Of a stretch of DNA of 64,000 bases, positions 38,620 through 47,267 are shown piece by piece. This stretch comes from an uncultured Syntrophales bacterium (GTDB taxonomy: Bacteria; Desulfobacterota; Syntrophia; Syntrophales; JADFWA01). The notes under the pieces are model-generated. The model had not been told where the DNA came from. It worked only from the letters and a program-made list of their open reading frames with translations, and made no database searches. Location of the stretch: NCBI GenBank assembly GCA_964454305.1, contig CAYVXX010000002.1, positions 11,719 through 75,718 of the forward strand. Direction: 5' to 3'. Each line of letters begins with the position of its first letter. Within the stretch, counting starts at the first letter, position 1. The translations under genes and the position numbers were made by a program.

Positions 38620-39384
38620 TCAAACTTTGTCCAGCAGGATATTGACAAACCTCAGATAAGGCCGCAAAGCAGCTGTTCCTCCACCTTCAGAAATAATCTG
38701 CATAATCTTTTCTGTGTTGAGCATTGCAGAGCCTCCTAAATGGTTTACCTGCGTCCCTTCAAAAATTTCACCACACATTGGCGTGGAAGGACCCAGCACC
38801 GCAACATGCCGGGGACTCCCCAGGCTGTTCAACACCTCCTCCATGGTATCATTCAATAGTGCGGTAGCGGTAATAATCGCAACTGTACACTCTTCGAGTA
38901 TTCTTGCTCTTTCCTTCTGGCCGAAAACCTCCATTAGAACCGGATTCCTCTCAATAATGGAAAGTGATGCCCCGGTTTCCTTTATCCGTTGCACCAGAGG
39001 ACGAAAAAGGCCTACCATGGCGACCCTGTCTTCTGCTCCGAGATTGATCAATTCGAGTGTGTTCTTATCCTCTTCAGTCGGCTCCGGATGAATTATGGCA
39101 TTCGCCGTAGCCAGTCCCAGTGCTTTTTCAAGGGGGTTCCTGCCATCGACGAGACGCCTCAAAAAATCAGAAGCCTTTGAACCAACAAGTTTGCCTGCCT
39201 CATCAATAACCGAACAGCCCGGGGTTAATTCGTGATTCAGCACCGCAGCCAGACCCATCCGGTTTTCTTCCAGTTTCACACCCAGATAGCTGAGACCGAC
39301 TCTGACCTCCTTTACCAGAAGATCTCCCCCTCTTCCGGAAAGATATTCATAAAAACGGTTTGATATTTCACCTATCGGTATCAT
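38620..39384 (-). CDS. DUF364/DUF4213 family protein (putative metal-chelation Rossmann-like domain)
   Basis: Full-length resemblance, including ...VRVGLSYLGVKL...GLA...ALGLATANAI...VAMVG.... Confidence 0.55.
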   Translation of the reverse strand: MIPIGEISNRFYEYLSGRGGDLLVKEVRVGLSYLGVKLEENRMGLAAVLNHELTPGCSVIDEAGKLVGSKASDFLRRLVDGRNPLEKALGLATANAIIHPEPTEEDKNTLELINLGAEDRVAMVGLFRPLVQRIKETGASLSIIERNPVLMEVFGQKERARILEECTVAIITATALLNDTMEEVLNSLGSPRHVAVLGPSTPMCGEIFEGTQVNHLGGSAMLNTEKIMQIISEGGGTAALRPYLRFVNILLDKV

Positions 39385-39837
39385 TTCTTTTTACTCTCTC
39401 TCCCAAAAAGATTATTACACGAAAAATCCCTTTTTGAAAAGCTTTCTAATCGTATATTTATCACCTCATCTTGATGGAAAGCAGGATCAATCGTTAAGAA
39501 ATACCAGCACTATGTTGGGCTGTTTATTAAACCTGCAACGGCCTCAAAATTCATCCTGGACAGATTTCATAACACCTTAATTCTAAAATAAAATTCAAGC
39601 ATTAAAAGCATGGTCTGTTAAATCAGACACATTTACAAAATAATCTTGACATTGCTCGAATTTCTTGTTATTAGCGGAGCTCAGTTTAATGCTGATAATT
39701 GGGTACAAGTTTTTAGAAAGCGCTTTATCGTTATTTTTATTTTTTAGTGAAGTTATAATGGGAATCCCTTTCCGGTCAGGCAAGGGGATTTCCGGGTTGT
39801 ATCGGTATAAAAAAGTCACGTTATCAGGAGGTTGGAA

Positions 39838-39975
39838 ATGTTTGGAGAAGCGTTAAAGGTTTTTGCTGTGGGATTTAGCGGTGTTTTTCTCTGCCTTATA
39901 ATATTAATGTTATCAGTTATGCTCTTTGGGAAAATCGCTGCTACGTTTACGAAAAAAGAGAAGAAGGAAAGTTAA
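39838..39975 (+). CDS. Na+-transporting decarboxylase small (gamma, OadG-like) subunit
   Basis: Not in the track (45 aa). Translation: MFGEALKVFAVGFSGVFLCLIILMLSVMLFGKIAATFTKKEKKES. AGGAGG lies 7 nt upstream. It has one TM segment and sits immediately upstream of the beta subunit. Confidence 0.6.
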   Translation: MFGEALKVFAVGFSGVFLCLIILMLSVMLFGKIAATFTKKEKKES

Positions 39976-40025
39976 CCAAAGACATTCCATCTTCCGTAAG
40001 GTAATAAGGAGGTAAAATAATAGAT

Positions 40026-41150
40026 ATGGATTTCAGTTTATTTCTAAAGGTTTTTCAAAGCACAGGGTTTATGAGCATAACCTTCGGAAACGTTATAATG
40101 TGGATAATAGCTTTTACTTTTATCTATCTTGCTATAACTAAGAATTACGAACCTTTGCTTCTGGTACCCATAGGTTTTGGAATATTCGTTGTAAACCTTC
40201 CCCTGGTAAATGTTATGGAAGAAGGTGTAGGCCTTCTCTGGGTTTTTTATCATTTCACTATCGATAAATGGGATTTGTTGCCGCCGATTATCTTTATGGG
40301 TATCGGAGCCTTGACCGATTTCGGGCCGGTTTTAGCCAATCCGAAGACCCTTCTCCTCGGCGCGGCGGCACAATTCGGTGTTTATATCGCTTTCTTTATT
40401 GCTCTCATGTTAGGATTTAATCTCCAGGAAGCCGCCTCAATAGGAATCATCGGAGGGGCCGACGGTCCTACAACGATATTCTTAACGGCGCAGCTTGCTC
40501 CACATCTCTTAGGCGCGACAGCATTGGCAGCCTATTCATACATGGCGATGGTACCGATTATCCAGCCGCCGATAATGAATCTTATGACGACCCAGGCGGA
40601 GCGCAAAATCAAGATGAAACAGTCTCGGCCGGTCGGTAAGCTTGAAAGGATTTGCTTCCCGTTGGTGGCGACAGGAGTCATCTGCTTACTTATCCCCGAA
40701 TCGGCACCGCTGATGGCAATGCTGATGCTGGGAAATCTGTTCAAAGAATGCGGTGTGGTGGAACGTCTCTCCAAAACGGCATCAAATGAGCTGATAAATA
40801 TTGTAACGATATTCTTAGGTCTCTGTGTTGGCGCCGCTATGCCGGCTTCGCTCTTTTTGAGACCGCAATCGCTTTTCATATTCTGCCTTGGACTGGTCGC
40901 CTTCGCTTTCAGCACAGTCGGAGGTCTTGCGCTGGCCAAAATTTTCAACCTTTTCCTGAAAGAGAAGATAAATCCTCTGATCGGCTCGGCCGGTGTGTCG
41001 GCGGTTCCCATGGCTGCGCGTGTCTCGCAGGTTGTGGCGTCAAAAAATGACAAGCGTAATTTTATTCTTATGCACGCGATGGGACCCAATGTGGCCGGCG
41101 TGATTGGTACAGTATCAGCAGCAGGACTATTTCTGACGTTATTAAAGTAA
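40026..41150 (+). CDS. Na+-translocating decarboxylase beta subunit (OadB/GcdB/MmdB family)
   Basis: Motif ...LAITKNYEPLLLVPIGFGIFVVNLP... and a polytopic 374-aa protein. Confidence 0.85.
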   Translation: MDFSLFLKVFQSTGFMSITFGNVIMWIIAFTFIYLAITKNYEPLLLVPIGFGIFVVNLPLVNVMEEGVGLLWVFYHFTIDKWDLLPPIIFMGIGALTDFGPVLANPKTLLLGAAAQFGVYIAFFIALMLGFNLQEAASIGIIGGADGPTTIFLTAQLAPHLLGATALAAYSYMAMVPIIQPPIMNLMTTQAERKIKMKQSRPVGKLERICFPLVATGVICLLIPESAPLMAMLMLGNLFKECGVVERLSKTASNELINIVTIFLGLCVGAAMPASLFLRPQSLFIFCLGLVAFAFSTVGGLALAKIFNLFLKEKINPLIGSAGVSAVPMAARVSQVVASKNDKRNFILMHAMGPNVAGVIGTVSAAGLFLTLLK

Positions 41151-41221
41151 CAGGAATTAATCCCCGTTCGTGTTTAAGTATATGGGGTAATTCGATAAAA
41201 AACTTAAAAGGAGGAATGCAA

Positions 41222-41437
41222 ATGAGTGAAGAAATACTCGCTCCAATGCCGGGAAACATTTGGCAGATTCTTGTGAAACCTGGTCAGGAAGTAAAGGAAG
41301 ATGATGAACTTCTGGTACTCGAGGCGATGAAAATGGAAAACCCCATCTTCTCTCCAATAGACGGTGTAGTAAAAGAAATCAACGTAAAAGAGAAAGATGC
41401 TGTGGATGTTGATCAGCTCTTGATGACCATAGAGTAA
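41222..41437 (+). CDS. Biotin carboxyl carrier (biotinyl domain) subunit
   Basis: Biotinylation motif LEAMKMEN. The start is placed at the second ATG, which is better spaced from AGGAGG; the track ORF begins at 41216. Confidence 0.8.
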   Translation: MSEEILAPMPGNIWQILVKPGQEVKEDDELLVLEAMKMENPIFSPIDGVVKEINVKEKDAVDVDQLLMTIE

Positions 41438-41495
41438 AGACATCGTATCGGCACAAACGATACACCAAAAGTAGCTTTAGTTTATACTATCGGTA

Positions 41496-41536
41496 AAAGC
41501 CCCTCTAATAGTTATATTAGAGGGGCTTTTGCGTTT
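41496..41536 (+). terminator. Rho-independent terminator after the decarboxylase genes
   Basis: AAAAGCCCCTCTAATA-GTT-TATTAGAGGGGCTTTT followed by GCGTTTT. Confidence 0.8.
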
Positions 41537-41620
41537 TCGAAGGCAGAAAACTGTCCTCGTTCCTTTTTCCCCTGACCTCTTTGCCATTCCTTTCAATGGC
41601 AGGCGAGGCACCGCTGTATT

Positions 41621-41791
41621 GAATCTCCCCGCAACTTGTTGCGGGGAACGAAGTAATTCGAAGAATAATCTCCGACTGTTTAGTAAGTTAGAAAATATTT
41701 TCGTTAACGCATTTATCCCCTTTAGTGGGACTTATCCCGTTTATCGGGGTAAGGAAAATGTTTATTTTTTATTCGCTCGCTGTTCAGTTCA
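41621..41791. repeat. Family-B modular element (modules 1+2, truncated module 3)
   Basis: GAATCTCCCCGCAACTTGTTGCGGGGAA..., then ATCTCCGACTGTTTAGTAAG...GGGGTAAGGAAAAT, then ATTCGCTCGCTGTTCAGTTCA. It lacks the second CCCCGC hairpin. Confidence 0.85.
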
Positions 41792-41954
41792 TCCATGGGA
41801 ACAGATTTCAAATCTGTTCCCCTAAGCTTGACTTACCATTTATTTACAGATATCATAACGTTCAAAAAATCTAATCTGCCGGTTTGATTGCAAGTATCTT
41901 ATCCCAGGCTGAAACACTGGCAGATCAGACCTGGCCTTCGGACACAAAATTTCT

Positions 41955-43472
41955 ATGGAAACTTTTGCCTTAGCGGCGATCAGCCTTACAATTTCGATTT
42001 CCCTTTTAATCAAAAAAAAACGGAATCCCGTCTACCTGTCCTTTGCCCTTTTATGCTTTGCGCTCTTTTTACAAAAGACAGGGGTTTTTTTCTACGGAAT
42101 CTTCAATATTGCTTTCTGGAAAGCTATCTACTATCTGGGTTTTCTTTCAATCCCTCCGCTGCTGCTCGCTTTCAGCCGGTTCTTCATCACTCGGCAAATC
42201 TTTCCAAAGAGAGTCATAGCATTAACCACATTCGGCAGTTTCTTGATAGGAGGTGCACTGTTTACAACTTTCCACAGATGGCCTCATGTGGCTATCATCC
42301 CGTACGTCTACGTTGGCCTCGCCGTGGTTTACTGCTATGCAGCTTTTCTTGCTTCCATTAAAAAAAGGTCATCGGATATAGAAAAAAAACGGATGATTTA
42401 TTTAGCCATCGCCTGCGCCATGGCAGTAGTGGTAAGTATTTCTGATATATTCCACCTCTATGGGTATGCAATTCCTTCCTTCTCAAACATTGCAATAGCT
42501 GCCCTGATATATTTTACTCTGATTATTATTACTTATCCCCATCTTCCGGAATTCTATGAAATTATGGCCAGGGCTCTTATAATTTTCATCCTTACATTGT
42601 TCGCAGCCATCGTATGTTACCTCGTCATCGGCCTCTTTGGAGAGGGTTCGGCACTGCCCCCCATTAACATTATCTTTATGACGTCTTTCATAATCGTTAT
42701 CTTTATTGATCCCGTCAAACTGATACTAAAAAAAATTGCCAGCTTTCTTTTCTTTGACGGCAGGGATGTATTCACATCCCTTTATGCCATCGACGAAAAA
42801 CTGGAGAATGAAAAATCAGTGCTTCTGGAAGAGATGGCAACCGGCCTTGCCCATGAAATAAGAAATCCTCTCGGTTCCATCAAGGGAGCCGCACAGTACC
42901 TGAGATCAGAAGTTGATACCGCTGAGAACCGAAATCTTCTTGATATCATCACGGAAGAGGTGGATCGGCTGAGTAATGTCGTTTCACAATTTCTCAATTA
43001 TGCCAAGCCCTATACGGTCAATGCAAAAAAGCAAAATATCAACCACATTATAGAAAAAACCATCGCCCTGATCAAGGCAGATAACCTGTCAGAAAAGATA
43101 GTCATTAGAGAAAACCTGTCCCCGGATCTGCCGGAAGTAAATGTGGACGGTGAGCAACTGATGCAGGTTTTTCTTAACATTGCATTTAATGGAATTGAGG
43201 CAATGCCTGAAGAAGGGACTCTGAGTTTCACTACATCACAGATCGAGAAAGAAGATGCCACCATCATAGAGATCGCTGTCAAGGACACCGGCAGAGGCAT
43301 AAATAAGGAAGACATGGAAAATGTATTCAAACCCTTTTTCACAACCAAAGAAAAAGGGACTGGGCTCGGCCTCCCGATTTGCCAGAGAATTATCACAAAA
43401 CATGGTGGTCATATTGAGGTAAAATCAAATCCAGGTAAAGGAACAACATTTTATATAAGAATTAAATCATGA
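41955..43472 (+). CDS. Sensor histidine kinase with polytopic N-terminal membrane domain
   Basis: H-box LAHEIRNPLGSI, N-box and G-boxes (DTGRGI, GTGLGLPICQ), and about 7 N-terminal TM segments. Confidence 0.85.
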   Translation: METFALAAISLTISISLLIKKKRNPVYLSFALLCFALFLQKTGVFFYGIFNIAFWKAIYYLGFLSIPPLLLAFSRFFITRQIFPKRVIALTTFGSFLIGGALFTTFHRWPHVAIIPYVYVGLAVVYCYAAFLASIKKRSSDIEKKRMIYLAIACAMAVVVSISDIFHLYGYAIPSFSNIAIAALIYFTLIIITYPHLPEFYEIMARALIIFILTLFAAIVCYLVIGLFGEGSALPPINIIFMTSFIIVIFIDPVKLILKKIASFLFFDGRDVFTSLYAIDEKLENEKSVLLEEMATGLAHEIRNPLGSIKGAAQYLRSEVDTAENRNLLDIITEEVDRLSNVVSQFLNYAKPYTVNAKKQNINHIIEKTIALIKADNLSEKIVIRENLSPDLPEVNVDGEQLMQVFLNIAFNGIEAMPEEGTLSFTTSQIEKEDATIIEIAVKDTGRGINKEDMENVFKPFFTTKEKGTGLGLPICQRIITKHGGHIEVKSNPGKGTTFYIRIKS

Positions 43473-43608
43473 CACCGGTCAGCTTTGAATCAAAGAATAG
43501 CAAAAGGAGACAACAGAATATCCTGTCACACTTTTTTGCCGATTTCCGATTGCCGGCCAGATAAAATAACCTTGACAGCGATACAGTGCCATAATAGGTT
43601 AATAAGTT

Positions 43609-44976
43609 ATGCAAAGAATTTTAGTTGTTGATGACGAATTGAATATGCGGCTGGTCTTGAAAGCCATGCTTGAAAAAGAAAACTATGAGGTTGCTACTGC
43701 CTTCAATGGTCTTAAAGCCCTCGATATCCTCGCGACCAGCGAAGTTGCAGTCGTTGTAACCGACCTAAAAATGCCCGGGCTTGACGGCATGGGTCTTCTG
43801 GAGAAGGTGGTCCGTGACTACCCCTCCATACCGGTTATTATCATTACCGCTCACGGCACGATAGACACAGCGGTGGACGCCCTGAAAAAAGGGGCATTTG
43901 ATTACATTACCAAACCCTTTGAACAGGATGACTTCAAGAACGTTATTAACAAGGCATTTAAAACCAGATTATTGAATGAAGATGAATTGGTTTTGAGTCC
44001 CGATGAAATAGACAGGTATGAAATTATAGGTTCCAGTAAAAGCATCACGGAAACATTTGATACGATTAAAAAAGTGGCCCCCACGACGACTACAATTCTC
44101 ATTACAGGAGAAACAGGAACGGGAAAGGAGCTCGTTGCCAACGCAATCCACAGAAACAGCCCCCGTAAAAACGATCCGTTCATTAAAATCAACTGTTCTG
44201 CCATCTCAGAAAATCTGATAGAGAGCGAACTTTTCGGTTATGAGAGAGGAGCCTTTACAGGTGCAATTTCAAGGAAGCCGGGGAGATTTGAACTCGCCCA
44301 CAAGGGAACCCTCTTTCTCGACGAGGTAGGCGACATTCCAAAAGAGATGCAGGTAAAACTCCTCAGAGTAATACAGGATCACGAGTTTGAACGGGTGGGG
44401 GGACTCCAGACAATAAAGGTCGATGTAAGGTTGATTACAGCCACAAACAGAAACCTCCTCCAGGACGTAAAGGAAGGAAATTTCAGGGCTGATCTCTATT
44501 ACAGGCTTAATGTCTTGCCTGTTCACCTCTCGCCTCTGAGAGAAAGACCAGAAGATATCAAACTCTTAACCGATTATTTTACAGAAAAATTCAACACAAA
44601 ACTTAATCGAAAGATTAAACACATCGATCCACGGGTAAGAGAACTGTTGCTCAATTACAGCTGGCCCGGAAACATCAGGGAACTGGAAAATCTTATTGAA
44701 AGACTTGTATTGATGGCCAAAGGGGATAGTATCGTCCTCGAAGACATCCCCGCAGAGTTGAAATCTCAGGACGATACGGCAGCAATTCTCCGGCCTGAAG
44801 ATCACAAAAAATCTTTTAAAAACATTATTAAAAGCAAGACGGCGGAAATAGAAAAGCAGATGATCATCAAGGTTCTGGAGACGTGTGGCGGTAATATAAC
44901 AAAGGCGGCTATGTGGCTCGGTCTCAGCAGAAGAGGACTCCATCTTAAAATGGAAAAATATAACCTCCGGAAATAA
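43609..44976 (+). CDS. Sigma-54-dependent response regulator (NtrC/AtoC family)
   Basis: Receiver domain (DLKMPGLDG), AAA+ Walker A GETGTGKE, GAFTGA loop, and a C-terminal Fis-type HTH. Confidence 0.9.
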   Translation: MQRILVVDDELNMRLVLKAMLEKENYEVATAFNGLKALDILATSEVAVVVTDLKMPGLDGMGLLEKVVRDYPSIPVIIITAHGTIDTAVDALKKGAFDYITKPFEQDDFKNVINKAFKTRLLNEDELVLSPDEIDRYEIIGSSKSITETFDTIKKVAPTTTTILITGETGTGKELVANAIHRNSPRKNDPFIKINCSAISENLIESELFGYERGAFTGAISRKPGRFELAHKGTLFLDEVGDIPKEMQVKLLRVIQDHEFERVGGLQTIKVDVRLITATNRNLLQDVKEGNFRADLYYRLNVLPVHLSPLRERPEDIKLLTDYFTEKFNTKLNRKIKHIDPRVRELLLNYSWPGNIRELENLIERLVLMAKGDSIVLEDIPAELKSQDDTAAILRPEDHKKSFKNIIKSKTAEIEKQMIIKVLETCGGNITKAAMWLGLSRRGLHLKMEKYNLRK

Positions 44977-45015
44977 GGAAAATACCTCTCAGCTCCACTA
45001 TAAAGAGAAACAAAA

Positions 45016-45831
45016 ATGGATGTTTTATTATTTAAAATTGCTCTTTGTGCTTATTTTGTAAGTACTCTGGGATATATTACATCTCTTCTCTTTAAGAGGG
45101 TATTTGTGGCCAGGGTTTCTACATGGATTCTTGTCCTGGCTTTTATTATACACGGTTTTTCTTTTCTTTTCCGGTGCATGGAAACCGGTCACAGTCCATT
45201 TATCAATCTGTACGATTCCCTTTCTTTTTTTGCATGGACAATAACCGGCACTTATCTTGCCTTCCAGGTTAAGACAAAAACGAGGGTTCTCGGCGCTTTT
45301 GTGTCACCTCTTGCCTTCTTGCTCATGGTGGTGGCATCCGTCCAATTAGGCGGGGAGGTTTCCATATCGTCCATCTTACAGGGACGCCTGGTAATTGTTC
45401 ACGTAATATTGTCTGTCTCAGGTGAAGCTCTTTTCACCCTTGCGTGTTGTGCCAGTGTTATGTATCTGATTCAGGAAAATTTTATAAAAAATAAAAAGGG
45501 TGGCGGGTATAGCAGGCTCCTCCCTTCGCTGCGGGATCTGGACAGGATAAATCACATCTGTCTCCTGTGGGGTTTCCCTATGTTAACAATGGGAATTATT
45601 GCCGGATCAATCTGGGCACGGACTGCCTGGGGTAGTCACTGGCAGTGGGACCCAAAACAGATATGGACCATGTTTGCCTGGATATTCTATGCCCTTTTAT
45701 TACACCAAAGACTTGCCATAGGATGGAAGGGTAAAAAAGTTGCCCTTTTTTCCATTGTTGCTTTCTTGATTTTGCTTTTTTCTTTTGTCGGAGCGAACAC
45801 GTTTTTTATAACATCACACAGGTTTATGTAA
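45016..45831 (+). CDS. CcsA/ResC-like cytochrome c assembly family protein (HemX-like position upstream of hemA)
   Basis: Trp-rich motif WGSHWQWDPKQIWTMFAW. A polytopic 271-aa protein. Confidence 0.7.
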   Translation: MDVLLFKIALCAYFVSTLGYITSLLFKRVFVARVSTWILVLAFIIHGFSFLFRCMETGHSPFINLYDSLSFFAWTITGTYLAFQVKTKTRVLGAFVSPLAFLLMVVASVQLGGEVSISSILQGRLVIVHVILSVSGEALFTLACCASVMYLIQENFIKNKKGGGYSRLLPSLRDLDRINHICLLWGFPMLTMGIIAGSIWARTAWGSHWQWDPKQIWTMFAWIFYALLLHQRLAIGWKGKKVALFSIVAFLILLFSFVGANTFFITSHRFM

Positions 45832-45931
45832 GAATAAATTTCAGGAGCCAAAATTCAGAAGGAAATCGGATATATCATCAATATAATCTTTTTGTTCTGG
45901 CTCCTGAATTCTGGATTCTATTTTTGTGCTA

Positions 45932-47200
45932 ATGAACATAATATTGATTGGGATAAATCACAGGACAGCTCCTGTAGAAATAAGGGAGAAGCTTTCCATT
46001 AACTGCGAGGACAACGACCGGCCTCTGGTAGAAATAATGAGTGTCCCGCAGATACGTGAGAGTTTGTTTCTTTCCACCTGCAACCGTGTGGAGGTGCTTG
46101 CAGGTGTGTCGGATATACATTCTGCCGTAGAAAACTTAAAATCTGTCATTTTTTCTCTCGGTAATTTATCTTCAAAAGAGCTGGAAAAATGCCTTTATAT
46201 TTATCACAGCGATGATGCGGTAAGACATTTGTTCCGGGTGGCTTCGAGTATTGATTCCATGGTCATGGGAGAACCGCAGATACTGGGACAGGTCAAAGAT
46301 GCTTATCGCCGCTGTGTAGAACATAACTCGTCAGGAGTTATTCTGAATAAGCTGCTTCACCATGCCTTCCGGGTGGCAAAGAGGGTAAGGACGGAAACCG
46401 GTATTTCCAGTAATGCCGTTTCGGTAAGTTTCACAGCAGTAAAGCTGGCAAAAAAGATACTTGGCGATCTCAGGGGGAAAACCATTCTTCTTGTTGGTGC
46501 CGGTGAGATGTCAGAACTGGCAGCAAAACATTTGATGAGTAGTGGGGTTTCCAAAATTATTGTGGCCAATAGAACCTATGGGCAGGCTGTGAAGCTGGCG
46601 GATGATTTTCACGGAACACCAATAAATTTTGACCTTCTTGAAGAAAAACTCAAAGAAGTGGATATAGTAATCAGTTCTACAGGCGCGCCCGGTTATATTA
46701 TCGGAAAAGAGATAATCGCCTCCGCATTGCGCAGACGCAATAACAGATTAATGTTCTTGATTGACATAGCAGTACCGAGGGACATCGATCCCGAGGTGAA
46801 CACAATAGACAATGTTTATCTTTATAATATCGATAACCTCCAGGAAATTGTTGATGAAAACATAAGCATCAGGATGAGAGAGGCCGAAAAAGCCGAGACA
46901 ATTATAGATGAGGAGGTTCTTAAATTTTCCGGATGGTTCAAGACGCTCGAAGCAGTTCCAACCATCGTTTCTCTCAGAGAAAAAGTGGATGAGATTACTG
47001 AGAGTGAACTGCAAAAATCGGCTTCCTGGATGAGGAATTTAGGTGAAGAGGAAAAGGAAAACATAAAAATCCTGATTTCTTCCGTGACAAATAAAATGCT
47101 CCATGATCCGATAACAGGTCTTAAGGAGGAAAGTCAAAATGACGGTGCCGCTCCTTACATAGCGGCTATCAGAAGATTATTCAGATTAGATGATGACTGA
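45932..47200 (+). CDS. hemA: Glutamyl-tRNA reductase
   Basis: Motifs LSTCNRVEV and GAGEMSE. The start is placed at ATG 45932; the track ORF begins at 45926. Confidence 0.9.
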   Translation: MNIILIGINHRTAPVEIREKLSINCEDNDRPLVEIMSVPQIRESLFLSTCNRVEVLAGVSDIHSAVENLKSVIFSLGNLSSKELEKCLYIYHSDDAVRHLFRVASSIDSMVMGEPQILGQVKDAYRRCVEHNSSGVILNKLLHHAFRVAKRVRTETGISSNAVSVSFTAVKLAKKILGDLRGKTILLVGAGEMSELAAKHLMSSGVSKIIVANRTYGQAVKLADDFHGTPINFDLLEEKLKEVDIVISSTGAPGYIIGKEIIASALRRRNNRLMFLIDIAVPRDIDPEVNTIDNVYLYNIDNLQEIVDENISIRMREAEKAETIIDEEVLKFSGWFKTLEAVPTIVSLREKVDEITESELQKSASWMRNLGEEEKENIKILISSVTNKMLHDPITGLKEESQNDGAAPYIAAIRRLFRLDDD

Positions 47201-47267
47201 TCTTTCCTTGTCCTAACATTTAAGGAGGAAAGGAGCCTTCAATTTTAGCATCAAACGGAGGTGGCAC

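Noticed and set aside
41529-42361. Track ORFs 41529..41825 and 41888..42361 upstream of and overlapping the histidine kinase.
   Set aside because: The first is read straight across a family-B repeat, and equivalent ORFs at other copies are in different frames. The second is an alternative frame of the kinase's membrane domain.
39385-45016. A sigma-54 (-24 GG / -12 GC, TGGCAC-N5-TTGC) promoter that could be the target of the NtrC-type activator.
   Set aside because: I scanned the intergenic regions near the decarboxylase genes, the kinase and regulator, the ccsA-like gene and the ABC binding protein by eye. I found no convincing TGGCAC-N5-TTGC match. A position-weight-matrix scan would be needed before calling one.
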